A stretch of 64,000 nt of DNA, taken from positions 3,772 to 67,771 of the forward strand of contig CANQTZ010000001.1 in the NCBI GenBank assembly GCA_947626865.1. Direction: 5' to 3'. This document shows positions 48,983 to 58,294 of the stretch, in pieces (positions within the stretch are counted from its first letter, which is position 1; every line of letters starts with the position of its first letter). Both the position numbers and the translations under genes were made by a program. Origin of the DNA: an uncultured Clostridia bacterium (GTDB taxonomy: Bacteria; Bacillota; Clostridia; TANB77; CAG-508). Under the pieces are notes generated by a model, which made no database searches, had not been told where the DNA came from, and worked only from the letters and a program-made list of their open reading frames with translations.

Positions 48983-51682
48983 TTAATATTCCACTTCTAA
49001 CTTACTTCCTTTTTGCGTTTTAGATACTATTATTTTTTTATCCAATCTTTCCTTTAATTCAGTCACATGGCTTATTATACCAATTAACTTATTATCTCCT
49101 GCTAGCTTAATCAAAGTATTTATTGCTTGTTCCCTAGATTCCATATCTAACGTTCCAAAACCTTCATCTATAAACAAAGTATCAATTACCACTCCTCCTG
49201 AATAACTTTGTATAATATCAGATAATCCTAAAGCAAGAGCAAGAGCTGCTTTGAATGATTCCCCTCCAGATAGTGATTTTACATCTCTTATTTTTCCGTT
49301 GTAATTATCTAAAACATCTAAGTCAAGAGCCATTTTTTCTGATATTTTATCTGATGATTTCTTTCTTAGTAGCATATATCTATTATCTGTCATATTAATT
49401 AATCTCTTATTAGCTTCATTGATTATCATATCAAAATATGTAGCTTGTACATATTGTTCAAATGCAATTTTTCTCTTACCTACTGCTGTTCCACTTGCTA
49501 ATTTAGATAATTCATCAATTCTTGCAACTTTAACCATCTGTTCTTTTAGTAAGTCTGCTGTTTTTTGCAAAGCTTTATTAAATTTTTCATTTGAATCTAA
49601 GTTACTTTTAAGTGTAAGTTGTATTTTCTTTTGCTCTTTTTGTTTATTTATAAATTCCTCTAATTGTGCTTCATCTTTAGAAATATCAATAATTTCTTTT
49701 TTAGATATTTCTTTTTCTAATGATTCTAATTTTGTTTTGTTGGATATTTGCGCTTCCTTATAATTTTCAATTCTTTCTTTTATTTTAGCTATTTCATCTT
49801 CACCTAACAAATTCTTTTTATAATCTTTTTCGTTTTTAAATCCAAGTGTTTTTATTGTTTCAATAAAATCTGCATATTTTTCTTGATACTCTTTATCTGT
49901 AATTTCTTTGATTTTTTTTGTGTTATTAAGTAATGTTTTGTTTTTAATCATTTGGTCAGCATCTTCTTTTATTCTTTTATTGAACTCATCTTTAAATTCG
50001 TCAAATTCAAATTCAGCAATATCAGTGTATTTTTCAGTAACTTTATAATAAGTAGTTTCAAATTTATCTTTTATATTGGTTTTCTTTTCATCTATTTCGT
50101 TTTTTTGTTTTTGTATTTTTTCTACATATTCTTCTAAATTAAATTTGCTTTTTTTACTTTCAGGAATTTCATTAAGAATAGAATCGTATTTTGTTTTTAC
50201 AACTGTTATTTGCTCTTTATATTTAGAATTTTCTTTTTCTAGTTTTTCTTTTTCTTCTTTTAATTCTTCTAATTCTTCTTTTGTAAGAACGCTTTTGCTT
50301 TTCTTTGCTTTTACAGGATGCTCTATACTACCACATACAGGACAAGGTTTACCTTTTTCAAGTTTTTCTGCAATAATACCTGCTTGTTCTTTGAAAAAAG
50401 CATCTTCTTGTTTTAAATATTCTTTTACTTTATCTTGATATTTTTTATTACTTTTTTCATATTTCTTACTAAGTGTTTCTTTTTCTTTGTTTAGTTTAAT
50501 TAAGTCATCAATTTTGACATTTAATTCATGTATTTTTTTGTTTTCATCTTGTATTTGGGTGTATTCCTTTATTATTGTTTTTAATTCTTCTATTCTTTTT
50601 GTATTTGCATTATTTTTCTTTTCTGTTTCTTTTTCAAGTTCAATTTCTTCTTCAAGCTTCTTTATTTGTTTATTATTTTTTTGTATTTCTTCATCTAATT
50701 TTTCAAGTATTTTTTCTTTTGGAAGTACAGATGCAAGTATTTTTTCATTTGTTTTTACTTTTTTTTCATCTTCTTTAATACTTTTTCCTTGCTCTTTTAA
50801 TTCGTTTTTGATTATTTTTAATTTTTGATATTCTTCTACTTTTTTATTTTGCCCTTTTATTTTTGTTATTTGGCTTTCTAATTTTTTTGTATCTTTTGCG
50901 ATTTTATCTATTTCTTTTTCAAAGTCTTTGTATTCCTGCTTTTGCTTTTCTATTTCATTTGCTAGACTCTTTAAAATTTGTTCTATATCTGCTTCAACTA
51001 TTTTTTTATAATCAATTAGTTCAACACTTATTGGTTTTTCTTTCCATATTATATTTTCTGCGTTTGTTTCAAATGTTGTTTTTAGAGTTTCTAATTCTGC
51101 TCTATTATTTTTAGCAAATTCATTTAAATTTTTAGTTATTATATTATATATTTCTGTTTCAAATATTTTTCTAAAGACTTCTGTTCTATCATCACTTTTT
51201 GCAAATAACACATTTATAAATTCTCCTTGGGCTAACATTGCAATTTGCTTAAATTGTTTTGAGTTAATGCCAATTATTTCAATTATTTTTTCATTTACAT
51301 TTGAAATTTTTGTTATTATTTTATCTTCATATGATAGTGATGCTTCTGCAATGTTTTTTGTCACACCTTCCCCTCTATTCTTTTGTCTTTCATAAGATGG
51401 TGTCCTTTTTACAGTATATATTTTGTCTTTATGTTCAAATATTAATTCTACATAAGTATCTTCGGTTGTTGCAAAATCACTTCTAAGCGAAGATATTGGT
51501 CTATTGGATCCACTTACATCATTAAATAGTGCAAATGATATTGCATCAAATATAGTAGTTTTTCCTGCACCAGTATCACCGGTAACTAAAAATAAACCAC
51601 TGTTACCTAATTTTTCAAAATCAATGATTGTTTCTTCTCTATATGGTCCAAATGCGGACATTGTTAATTTTATTGGTTTCAT
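48983..51682 (-). CDS. sbcC: exonuclease SbcC (Rad50-like ATPase)
   Basis: 899 aa. N-terminal Walker A GDTGAGKTT, long coiled-coil with zinc hook CPVCG, C-terminal LSGGE and FIDEGFGTLD. Confidence 0.92.
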   Translation of the reverse strand: MKPIKLTMSAFGPYREETIIDFEKLGNSGLFLVTGDTGAGKTTIFDAISFALFNDVSGSNRPISSLRSDFATTEDTYVELIFEHKDKIYTVKRTPSYERQKNRGEGVTKNIAEASLSYEDKIITKISNVNEKIIEIIGINSKQFKQIAMLAQGEFINVLFAKSDDRTEVFRKIFETEIYNIITKNLNEFAKNNRAELETLKTTFETNAENIIWKEKPISVELIDYKKIVEADIEQILKSLANEIEKQKQEYKDFEKEIDKIAKDTKKLESQITKIKGQNKKVEEYQKLKIIKNELKEQGKSIKEDEKKVKTNEKILASVLPKEKILEKLDEEIQKNNKQIKKLEEEIELEKETEKKNNANTKRIEELKTIIKEYTQIQDENKKIHELNVKIDDLIKLNKEKETLSKKYEKSNKKYQDKVKEYLKQEDAFFKEQAGIIAEKLEKGKPCPVCGSIEHPVKAKKSKSVLTKEELEELKEEKEKLEKENSKYKEQITVVKTKYDSILNEIPESKKSKFNLEEYVEKIQKQKNEIDEKKTNIKDKFETTYYKVTEKYTDIAEFEFDEFKDEFNKRIKEDADQMIKNKTLLNNTKKIKEITDKEYQEKYADFIETIKTLGFKNEKDYKKNLLGEDEIAKIKERIENYKEAQISNKTKLESLEKEISKKEIIDISKDEAQLEEFINKQKEQKKIQLTLKSNLDSNEKFNKALQKTADLLKEQMVKVARIDELSKLASGTAVGKRKIAFEQYVQATYFDMIINEANKRLINMTDNRYMLLRKKSSDKISEKMALDLDVLDNYNGKIRDVKSLSGGESFKAALALALGLSDIIQSYSGGVVIDTLFIDEGFGTLDMESREQAINTLIKLAGDNKLIGIISHVTELKERLDKKIIVSKTQKGSKLEVEY

Positions 51683-52821
51683 CTACATATACTCCTATTT
51701 ATTATATCTTTTATAATCTTTTTTTGTTCATCATCTAGTCTGATATTATTTTGAAATTCATAAAAGTCGTCAAATAATTCAAATTCATCTTTTTGTTTTA
51801 ATTCTTCTATGTTTTCTAACTCTACATTTTGGATACTTGATTTTATATTAGAAATTTCTAAACTTAATGTGTTTGGATAGACTCTTCTAATTTGACCTAT
51901 TGCATCATATACAGGTTCTTTGTTTGTAATAATAGCTTTAATATAATCTTGGGTATTTGTATCTTTATAATTTTCTTTATTTAATAATTCTTCTATTGGA
52001 CCTTTGATTACTCTCATATCTCTTAATGGTTTTAAAGGAATTAATTTATATTCGACTGATTTGTTGTTTTTTATGTTGATTAATACTGCTGATTTATTAT
52101 GATTTGCTTCTGAAAATGAATATTTTAACATTGTTCCTGAATATCTAATTGTATCTTTTCCTATTCGTTGTGGCCCATGAATATGGCCTAAGGCAACATA
52201 GTCAAATTTATCGAAATTAGATGAATCTACATTTTCTATTCCACCAACATTTAGTGTTGTTTCTGATTCACATGTTTCAGGACTTTTATTTCCTGCTGTT
52301 ACAAATTGATGTGCCATTAATATGTTTACTTTATTCTCATCAATTTTTTCATTATCCACTATTAATTTTATGGCTTCATTATATGTATCTATTTTTTCAG
52401 TTTCAAAGTATTGTTTGACTTCAATTGGTTTTATAAATGGAAGCATATAAATATTGATTTTATCTGATAGTTCTATACTTGTTATTTTGCCGTTGTATGT
52501 TGTTTGGATGTATAAACCATCATTTTCAAATATTTTGCTTCCAAAATTTAATCTTTCTTTTGAATCATGATTTCCTGAAATGATAAAGACTTTAATTTTT
52601 AATATTTTAATTAATTTATTTAAGAAATCATTTAATACATCTACAGCATCTGCTGGAGGTATACTTCTATCATATATGTCTCCAGATATTAAGACTGCAT
52701 CTACTTTTTCTTTTTTTGCAATTTTTATAATTTCTTTTAGTATGTATTCTTGATCTTCTAATAGTGATTGCTCATATATTATTTTGCCTATGTGTAAATC
52801 GGATAAATGTAATAATTTCAT
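51679..52821 (-). CDS. sbcD: exonuclease SbcD (Mre11-like nuclease)
   Basis: MKLLHLSDLHIGK, GDIYD, GNHD, GHIHG phosphoesterase motifs. 4-nt overlap with sbcC. Confidence 0.95.
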   Translation of the reverse strand: MKLLHLSDLHIGKIIYEQSLLEDQEYILKEIIKIAKKEKVDAVLISGDIYDRSIPPADAVDVLNDFLNKLIKILKIKVFIISGNHDSKERLNFGSKIFENDGLYIQTTYNGKITSIELSDKINIYMLPFIKPIEVKQYFETEKIDTYNEAIKLIVDNEKIDENKVNILMAHQFVTAGNKSPETCESETTLNVGGIENVDSSNFDKFDYVALGHIHGPQRIGKDTIRYSGTMLKYSFSEANHNKSAVLINIKNNKSVEYKLIPLKPLRDMRVIKGPIEELLNKENYKDTNTQDYIKAIITNKEPVYDAIGQIRRVYPNTLSLEISNIKSSIQNVELENIEELKQKDEFELFDDFYEFQNNIRLDDEQKKIIKDIINRSICR

Positions 52822-52890
52822 GTTAAATTTCTTTCCTTTCTTGCTTCATTAAAAGGCACATATAGAAATGAAAGCTTACATTCTTTCAAA

Positions 52891-53337
52891 CTATTTTTTC
52901 CTTTCATTATTTTTCCATTCCATTGTATATATTTTTTCTCCTGTTTTTTCTTGCAGATTAATGGCTTTGTTTTTAAATCCCATTGCTACAAAAAATAATA
53001 TAGCATTTATGTTTTTTTCATATACTTTTAGTTTTAAGTAGTTGTTTTTGTTCTGACAATAATGCATTAATTTGCTACCAATTCCTTGTCTTATGGAGTC
53101 TTTTCTAACAAATATGCTAGTTATTTCTTGATTTTTATCTATGCTAATGAATGCTTTTATTTCGTTTGTACTGGTGCAATATATGTATGTTTCCGCTTCA
53201 AATAAATACTCATTTTTTACTCTGTTGAAATTTTCTAACCAATGATCTTTTTCGATAAAATAATGAGCATCGAAATTTCCTTTTGTCCATAAAGTCATTA
53301 CTTTTGTTGTGTCTTCTTTTTTAAATTTTCTAATCAT
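52891..53337 (-). CDS. GNAT-family N-acetyltransferase
   Basis: 148 aa with the acetyl-CoA motif IRQGIGSKLM. Confidence 0.8.
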   Translation of the reverse strand: MIRKFKKEDTTKVMTLWTKGNFDAHYFIEKDHWLENFNRVKNEYLFEAETYIYCTSTNEIKAFISIDKNQEITSIFVRKDSIRQGIGSKLMHYCQNKNNYLKLKVYEKNINAILFFVAMGFKNKAINLQEKTGEKIYTMEWKNNERKK

Positions 53338-53425
53338 TCGTTCCTCCCTATTATTGAATGATTATATAATTTTACTAATATTTTGTCAATGTTGAAAAAT
53401 TGTGTTATCCTTGCTATTTTTACTG

Positions 53426-53670
53426 GCTAGTTACAGCTTAATGGTTTCAAGTGTGTGTCCCCACATAATATAAGATTTTCATTGCATGTCTCGGCGTTAT
53501 TTCGAAAATTAAGAAATTCTAATTTATTTTATGGCACCCTTTCACAACAGTGAACTATTTCCATAAAATTGCATAGAATTTCTAAAATTTCTCCATACAC
53601 ATTCGACATTCCATTCAAAATCTTATATTATGTGGGGACACGCACTTAAAACCATTAAGCTGTAACTAGC
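53426..53670 (+). repeat. hairpin repeat element, copy 4 (full length)
   Basis: Arms GCTAGTTACAGCTTAATGGTTTCAAGTGTGTGTCCCCACATAATATAAGATTTTC / AAAATCTTATATTATGTGGGGACACGCACTTAAAACCATTAAGCTGTAACTAGC around the conserved core. Confidence 0.9.
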
Positions 53671-54062
53671 TATGTTTTTTCATTTCTTTTTTATTTTTTT
53701 CTATTCTTTCTAACTCAAGCTGAGATAATTCTTTTACTGAATAATAATCTCCATGACTAATACAAGCAATTATCATTCTTAAAAATTTTTCATATGTTTC
53801 GTCATTTACCATATTTTTACATTCCTTTTTTAGTTATTTTTTTTACTTCTTTTTATACCCTCAGTATATATATTATTTTAGCTGGTAACACTAATAGTGT
53901 AACGTTTTTTTGTTTATGATAGCATATTTTTCCTTGAAATTCAAGTATTTTTTCGATTTTTGATGACTTTAAAATTCACTACTGTTACAGTAAAAATGTG
54001 TTCAACATTTTTACGTTGCTTGCTATACTAATAATATACTTTATATTAGGCGGTGGTACGAG

Positions 54063-54404
54063 ATGAATTCAGTTTCTAAAATAGATATTGATAAAACTTT
54101 TGGTAAAATTCTACGAGACTTTCGTATTAAAAATAAAATGACACAAGAACAATTATCTGAAAAATTAGGCATTTCTTTAAAATATATTTCTAGAATTGAA
54201 AATGGCAATAATGGTGTCAAAACACAAACTTTAATAAATTATATGAATATTTTAGGAATCACACCAGATTTGATATATAAGTCTTTCATTACAAATCCAG
54301 ATGTGATAACAAATGTCGAAATATCAGAAAAAGTATGCACACTTTCCCAAGATAAAAAGCAATTTTTGCTTGCAATTATAGATTTACTTCAAAACTTAGA
54401 ATAA
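54063..54404 (+). CDS. XRE-family helix-turn-helix transcriptional regulator
   Basis: FGKILRDFRIKNKMTQEQLSEKLGISLKYISRIENG. Confidence 0.85.
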   Translation: MNSVSKIDIDKTFGKILRDFRIKNKMTQEQLSEKLGISLKYISRIENGNNGVKTQTLINYMNILGITPDLIYKSFITNPDVITNVEISEKVCTLSQDKKQFLLAIIDLLQNLE

Positions 54405-54442
54405 AAGAGGTTATCTTATTATAGATACCTCTTTCTTTTTTT
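54405..54442. terminator. bidirectional hairpin terminator between the XRE gene and the aminopeptidase gene
   Basis: AAGAGGTTATC..TAGATACCTCTT followed by a T-run. Confidence 0.6.
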
Positions 54443-54454
54443 ATTATTATTTTT

Positions 54455-55852
54455 TTATTCACTCCAAAATGCTTTATAAGTTTTATAAGCCGAATAAATA
54501 TCATATTTACTTGTTACTTCATAAGGGGCATGCATAGACAATACTGGAACACCACAATCTATTACATCTGTACCTTTATTAGCTAAAATGTATGCTATTG
54601 TGCCTCCCCCACCAATATCCACTTTACCTAATTCTGTAAGTTGATATTGAATTTTGTTTTTATCTAATACATTTCTAACCCAAGCAACAAATTCTGCATT
54701 AGCATCAGAACCACCAGATTTACCTCTAGAACCTGTATATTTTACTAAAGCTATTCCTTTTCCTAAAAATCCTGCATTATGCTTATCAGAAACATTAGCA
54801 TAAATTGGGTCAAAACCTGCATCTACATCTGAAGATAACATTTTTGAAAAGCAAAATACTCGGTCTAGTAAATTAGGCTTGTTAACTCCTAATTTATTTA
54901 ATATTTCAGAGATAAAGAAATCAAACATATGTGATTCCATTCCAGTATTTCCCATGCTACCAATTTCTTCTTTATCAGATAAAATGCAAACTGCTGTATT
55001 TTTCACTTTATCCAATTCCATCATAGCTGCTAAAGATGTGTAAGCACAAACTTTATCATCTTGCCCATATCCTGCAACCATACTCTCATCCAATCCTAAC
55101 GTTCTAGCTTTAAAAGCTGGAACCAATTCAATTTCTGCACTTGTTAAATCAACTTCTGTAATTCCATACTTTTGATTTAGAATATTTAGGATATTCAATT
55201 TTATTTTCTCAGATACTTTTTTATCTTTGTAAGGAATACTTCCAATTAATAAATTAAGATTCTCTCCTTCAATTCCATTTTTCAGCTTTTTCTCCATCTG
55301 CTCTTGCGCTAAATGTGGCAATAAATCTGTAATTGTGAAAATAGGATCATTTTCATCTTCACCTATATTTACCTCTATCTTTTCACCATTTGTCTTAACA
55401 ATTACACCATGAATACTCAAAGGAATTGTTGTCCATTGATACTTCTTAATTCCACCATAATAATGTGTTTTAAAATAAGCAAATCCACCATCCTCATATA
55501 ATGGATTAGGTTTCAAATCTAATCTTGGTGAATCTACATGAGACCCTATAATATGCATTCCATTTTCAATTGAATTCTCTCCAATAATAGCTAAATACAT
55601 ACTTTTACCACGATTAATAAAATATACTTTGTCCCCTACCTTTAACGAATCTAATTTGCTAATATCTTGATACCCATTTTCATCTGCTAATTTTTGCGCT
55701 TGCTTTATAAATTCTCTCTCCGTTTTAGCAACATTTAAAAAATCCATATATTTTTTCGACAATTGAAATATTTTCTCCTTCTCCTGTTCATCCGTATGTT
55801 CCCATCCACTTAGCTTTACATTAAAAAGTTTCTCTTTAAGCTCTTCTCCCAT
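54455..55852 (-). CDS. M18-family aminopeptidase
   Basis: 465 aa. GSHVDSPRLDLKP, HYYGGIKKYQW, DDKVCAY, SMHAPYE, typical of aminopeptidase 1 / aspartyl aminopeptidase-like enzymes. Confidence 0.85.
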   Translation of the reverse strand: MGEELKEKLFNVKLSGWEHTDEQEKEKIFQLSKKYMDFLNVAKTEREFIKQAQKLADENGYQDISKLDSLKVGDKVYFINRGKSMYLAIIGENSIENGMHIIGSHVDSPRLDLKPNPLYEDGGFAYFKTHYYGGIKKYQWTTIPLSIHGVIVKTNGEKIEVNIGEDENDPIFTITDLLPHLAQEQMEKKLKNGIEGENLNLLIGSIPYKDKKVSEKIKLNILNILNQKYGITEVDLTSAEIELVPAFKARTLGLDESMVAGYGQDDKVCAYTSLAAMMELDKVKNTAVCILSDKEEIGSMGNTGMESHMFDFFISEILNKLGVNKPNLLDRVFCFSKMLSSDVDAGFDPIYANVSDKHNAGFLGKGIALVKYTGSRGKSGGSDANAEFVAWVRNVLDKNKIQYQLTELGKVDIGGGGTIAYILANKGTDVIDCGVPVLSMHAPYEVTSKYDIYSAYKTYKAFWSE

Positions 55853-55941
55853 TTTTCTCCTCCTCTTTCATAAATTATTTGCCATCTCTATTCTAAAATT
55901 TCGCTGGCAAAGTCATTGTATCACAACCTCAATTATTCTGT

Positions 55942-56000
55942 CAATGTGCCGTTTGGGACAGGCACAAATGATACATTCAGGTGCTTTTTGGGACAGGTTA
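55942..56000 (+). repeat. 35-bp tandem repeat array C1
   Basis: CAATGTGCCGTTTGGGACAGGCACAAATGATACATTCAG, then GTGCTTTTTGGGACAGGTTA. Confidence 0.85.
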
Positions 56001-56116
56001 TTTATGATATATTTATGTATTTTTGAAAAAAATTTAAGTTAATACATTTTTTAAGAATAAGAGATAATACTAGAGCCACATAGATTTACGGACATTTTTA
56101 TTTAGTTTTTTTATTT

Positions 56117-56209
56117 TATACCTGTCCCAAAAAGCACATTGATGTACCGTTGGTGCCTGTCCCAGATGGCACATGGATGTATCGCTAGTGCCTGTCCCAA
56201 ACGGCACAT
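56117..56209 (-). repeat. 35-bp tandem repeat array C2 (inverted relative to C1)
   Basis: TATACCTGTCCCAAAAAGCAC, ATTGATGTACCGTTGGTGCCTGTCCCAGATGGCAC, ATGGATGTATCGCTAGTGCCTGTCCCAAACGGCAC. Confidence 0.9.
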
Positions 56210-56357
56210 CTGCCAAATTGCATACATAAAATGCTAGTTTTTGGTTATACTGTTATTTAAGTATGATAGTATGTTAGTATTTTAGTAAGTAAGCACGTAA
56301 TGAGAAGGAAAAATTAAGTATTGATAAGTAAGGATAAGTAGGGATAAGGAGGTAAAA

Positions 56358-57920
56358 ATGAGCTCATTATGGTTAGATTCTATACAATATAAAAATAAAA
56401 AAAATAAGGATAAGGATAAAGATAATTATAAGGATGATTATGATTGTTTGCGTGGTGATGTTGAGGCTGATGTGTGTGTTATAGGTGCAGGGATTTTTGG
56501 GTTGTCTTGTGCTTATTATTTGAGTAAGTTGGGTTTTTCTTTGGTGGTTTTGGATAAGGCGGGGATTGCTACTAAGGCTACTGGGCATACTACTGCTAAG
56601 ATTACAAGTGAGCATGGTTTGTTTTATGATTATTTGATTAATTCTTATGGTGAGAGGTTTGCTGGTGATTATTTGGAGGCGAATGAAAGGGCTATTGAGA
56701 ATATTAAGGGTATTGTTGATGCGGAAAATATTAATTGTGATTTTGAATACCAGAATAGTTATGTGTATACAACGAAGCCGACTGAATTGCACTCTATTAA
56801 GGATGAGGTTAAGGCTGTTAATAGTTTGGGTGGTTCTTGTGATTTTGTGACTAAGACGGGGCTTCCTTTTGAGGTTTGTGGAGCTGTTTGTTTTAAAAAT
56901 CAAGCTCAATTTCATCCTTTAAAGTATGTATATGGTTTATGTAATAGTATTGTTTCTAATAATGGGAAAATTTATACTAATACTTTAGTATATGACTTGG
57001 AAAAGGATTCCGATTCCTCTTACAGAGTAATTGCAAATGGCTATTGTGTTAGTTGCAAATTTGTAATTGTTGCTACACATTATCCTTTTATTAATTTTCC
57101 TGGTTTTTATTTTGCAAAGATGTATCAATCTACTTCTTATTTGATTGCTATTGATGCGAAAAAATCGCTTTTTAATGGGATGTATATTAGTGCATTTTCT
57201 CCTACTTTTTCTTACAGAACTGCTAAGATTGATGGAAAAAATTTGTTGATTGTTGGTGGTGGCGACCATAAAACAGGACATCCTTCTTGCTATAGAGATA
57301 CTTATGGTTTGTTGGAAAGAGAAGCAAAAAAGTTTTATCCTGATGCAGAAGTTTTGTATCGTTGGAATACTAGGGATTGTATTTCCTTGGATAAAATTCC
57401 TTATATTGGTCAATATTCTATGTCCCTTCCAAATGTCTTTGTAGGCACTGGTTTTAAAAAATGGGGCATGACTTCTTCTAATGTTGCTGCTAATATTATT
57501 GTTGATAAAATTTGTGGAAAACAAAATAAATATGAATATGTATTTAAATCTTCTCGTTTGAAGCCTTTTAAAAATGCAAATGAAATGAAAAATATGCTAG
57601 TACAATCAAAAAATTCTTTGTTGGTGGATAAATTGAAACCTTCTAATTTTCATTTTGATGAAATTGAAAATGACTCTGGCGGTATTATAGAGATTAATAA
57701 TGAAAAAGTTGGAGTTTATAAAGCCCCTGATGGTAAAATTTTTGCTGTAAAACCTGTTTGTACTCATTTAGGTTGCTTGCTTTCTTGGAATGATGTTGAT
57801 AAAACTTGGGATTGCCCTTGTCATGGTTCTCGCTTTAATTTTAAAGGTGAAAATTTATATGATCCGGCTTTTAAAGATTTGTGCCAATGGAATCGGAGAT
57901 TAAAGTGCTTATGCCAATAG
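56358..57920 (+). CDS. FAD-dependent oxidoreductase fused to a C-terminal Rieske [2Fe-2S] domain
   Basis: Dinucleotide fold VCVIGAGIFGLSCAYYL. C-terminal CTHLGC...CPCHGSRF Rieske ligands. AGGAGG RBS. Confidence 0.88.
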   Translation: MSSLWLDSIQYKNKKNKDKDKDNYKDDYDCLRGDVEADVCVIGAGIFGLSCAYYLSKLGFSLVVLDKAGIATKATGHTTAKITSEHGLFYDYLINSYGERFAGDYLEANERAIENIKGIVDAENINCDFEYQNSYVYTTKPTELHSIKDEVKAVNSLGGSCDFVTKTGLPFEVCGAVCFKNQAQFHPLKYVYGLCNSIVSNNGKIYTNTLVYDLEKDSDSSYRVIANGYCVSCKFVIVATHYPFINFPGFYFAKMYQSTSYLIAIDAKKSLFNGMYISAFSPTFSYRTAKIDGKNLLIVGGGDHKTGHPSCYRDTYGLLEREAKKFYPDAEVLYRWNTRDCISLDKIPYIGQYSMSLPNVFVGTGFKKWGMTSSNVAANIIVDKICGKQNKYEYVFKSSRLKPFKNANEMKNMLVQSKNSLLVDKLKPSNFHFDEIENDSGGIIEINNEKVGVYKAPDGKIFAVKPVCTHLGCLLSWNDVDKTWDCPCHGSRFNFKGENLYDPAFKDLCQWNRRLKCLCQ

Positions 57921-57973
57921 AACCAGAAATTAAAGTAATTGCACCAATGGAAAATGGAATCGGAGTTTAAAGT

Positions 57974-58003
57974 AAGTATGCCCAATTTTCAATGGGCATA
58001 CTT
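57974..58003. terminator. hairpin terminator between convergent genes
   Basis: AAGTATGCCCA-TTTTCA-ATGGGCATACTT. Confidence 0.6.
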
Positions 58004-58039
58004 GCATTGTAGTCTAGATTTCTCCACAAAAACGTGACA

Positions 58040-58294
58040 CTAGATTAATATAATTTCTGAGCCATTTCTTATGGTAGATTCTTTTATTGTTAATTGCACA
58101 TCATAAGGAGTTGCATTTAACTTATCATATAGAATTGGCATTTTATTTGGTCTATAATCTCCACCTGTAATCTCGTAGATAGCTTTTATGAGCAATTTGA
58201 TTACATTACCAATCCTTCTATTTAGTGGTAGCCATACATCATATTCTTGTTCTATTAATGGAACATATAATTTAACTAATATTTTATTCATCAT
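58040..58294 (-). CDS. YukD/EsaB-like ubiquitin-fold type VII secretion accessory protein
   Basis: 84 aa. The pattern ILVKLYV...EYDVWLPLNRRIGNVIKLLIKAI.......TIKESTIRNGSEIILI parallels S. aureus EsaB (..YDLAVPAYLPIKNLIALV.....LIDYQIADGDILKLL). It overlaps the essC stop. Confidence 0.65.
   Translation of the reverse strand: MMNKILVKLYVPLIEQEYDVWLPLNRRIGNVIKLLIKAIYEITGGDYRPNKMPILYDKLNATPYDVQLTIKESTIRNGSEIILI

Noticed and set aside
48983-52821. sbcCD as a fifth and sixth component of the helicase/methyltransferase cassette
   Set aside because: SbcCD is a near-universal housekeeping operon with normal motifs. It is separated from the SNF2 gene by 125 bp containing a hairpin and a possible -10 box, whereas the four cassette genes are 1-3 nt apart. 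The adjacency is noted but treated as coincidental.
53670-53812. Possible 46-aa minus-strand ORF (MVNDETYEKFLRMIIACISHGDYYSVKELSQLELERIEKNKKEMKKH) next to hairpin copy 4
   Set aside because: It is below the track threshold, has no recognisable family, no convincing RBS, and its 3' end runs into the repeat.
20345-56000. Reading the outward-facing conserved termini (TAACC(T/C)GTCCCAAAAAG ... CTTTTTGGGACAGGTTA) of arrays B2 and C1 as the ends of a 35.7-kb transposon-like element carrying the defence cassette (likewise A2-B1 for 13935-20056)
   Set aside because: The enclosed DNA is mostly housekeeping (xth, tatD, acpS, sbcCD, and mfd/feoAB for the smaller span). It has no transposase or integrase, and the geometry is equally well explained by three local head-to-head pairs. 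It cannot be excluded without comparative genomes.
56373-57524. Minus-strand ORFs 56373..56915 and 56985..57524
   Set aside because: They are antisense to the FAD/Rieske oxidoreductase, which has clear GxGxxG and CxH..CxxH motifs, and their translations are low-complexity (I/N/R/T-rich).
57881-57970. Three degenerate 30-bp tandem units (TGCCAATGGAATCGGAGATTAAAGTGCTTA-like) spanning the stop codon of the FAD/Rieske gene; the +1 frame reads VPMESEIKVLMPIEPEIKVIAPMENGIGV
   Set aside because: The annotated frame keeps the expected Rieske-domain ending (..DPAFKDL..). I cannot show a frameshift or a function for the repeats, so this is too weak to report as a finding.
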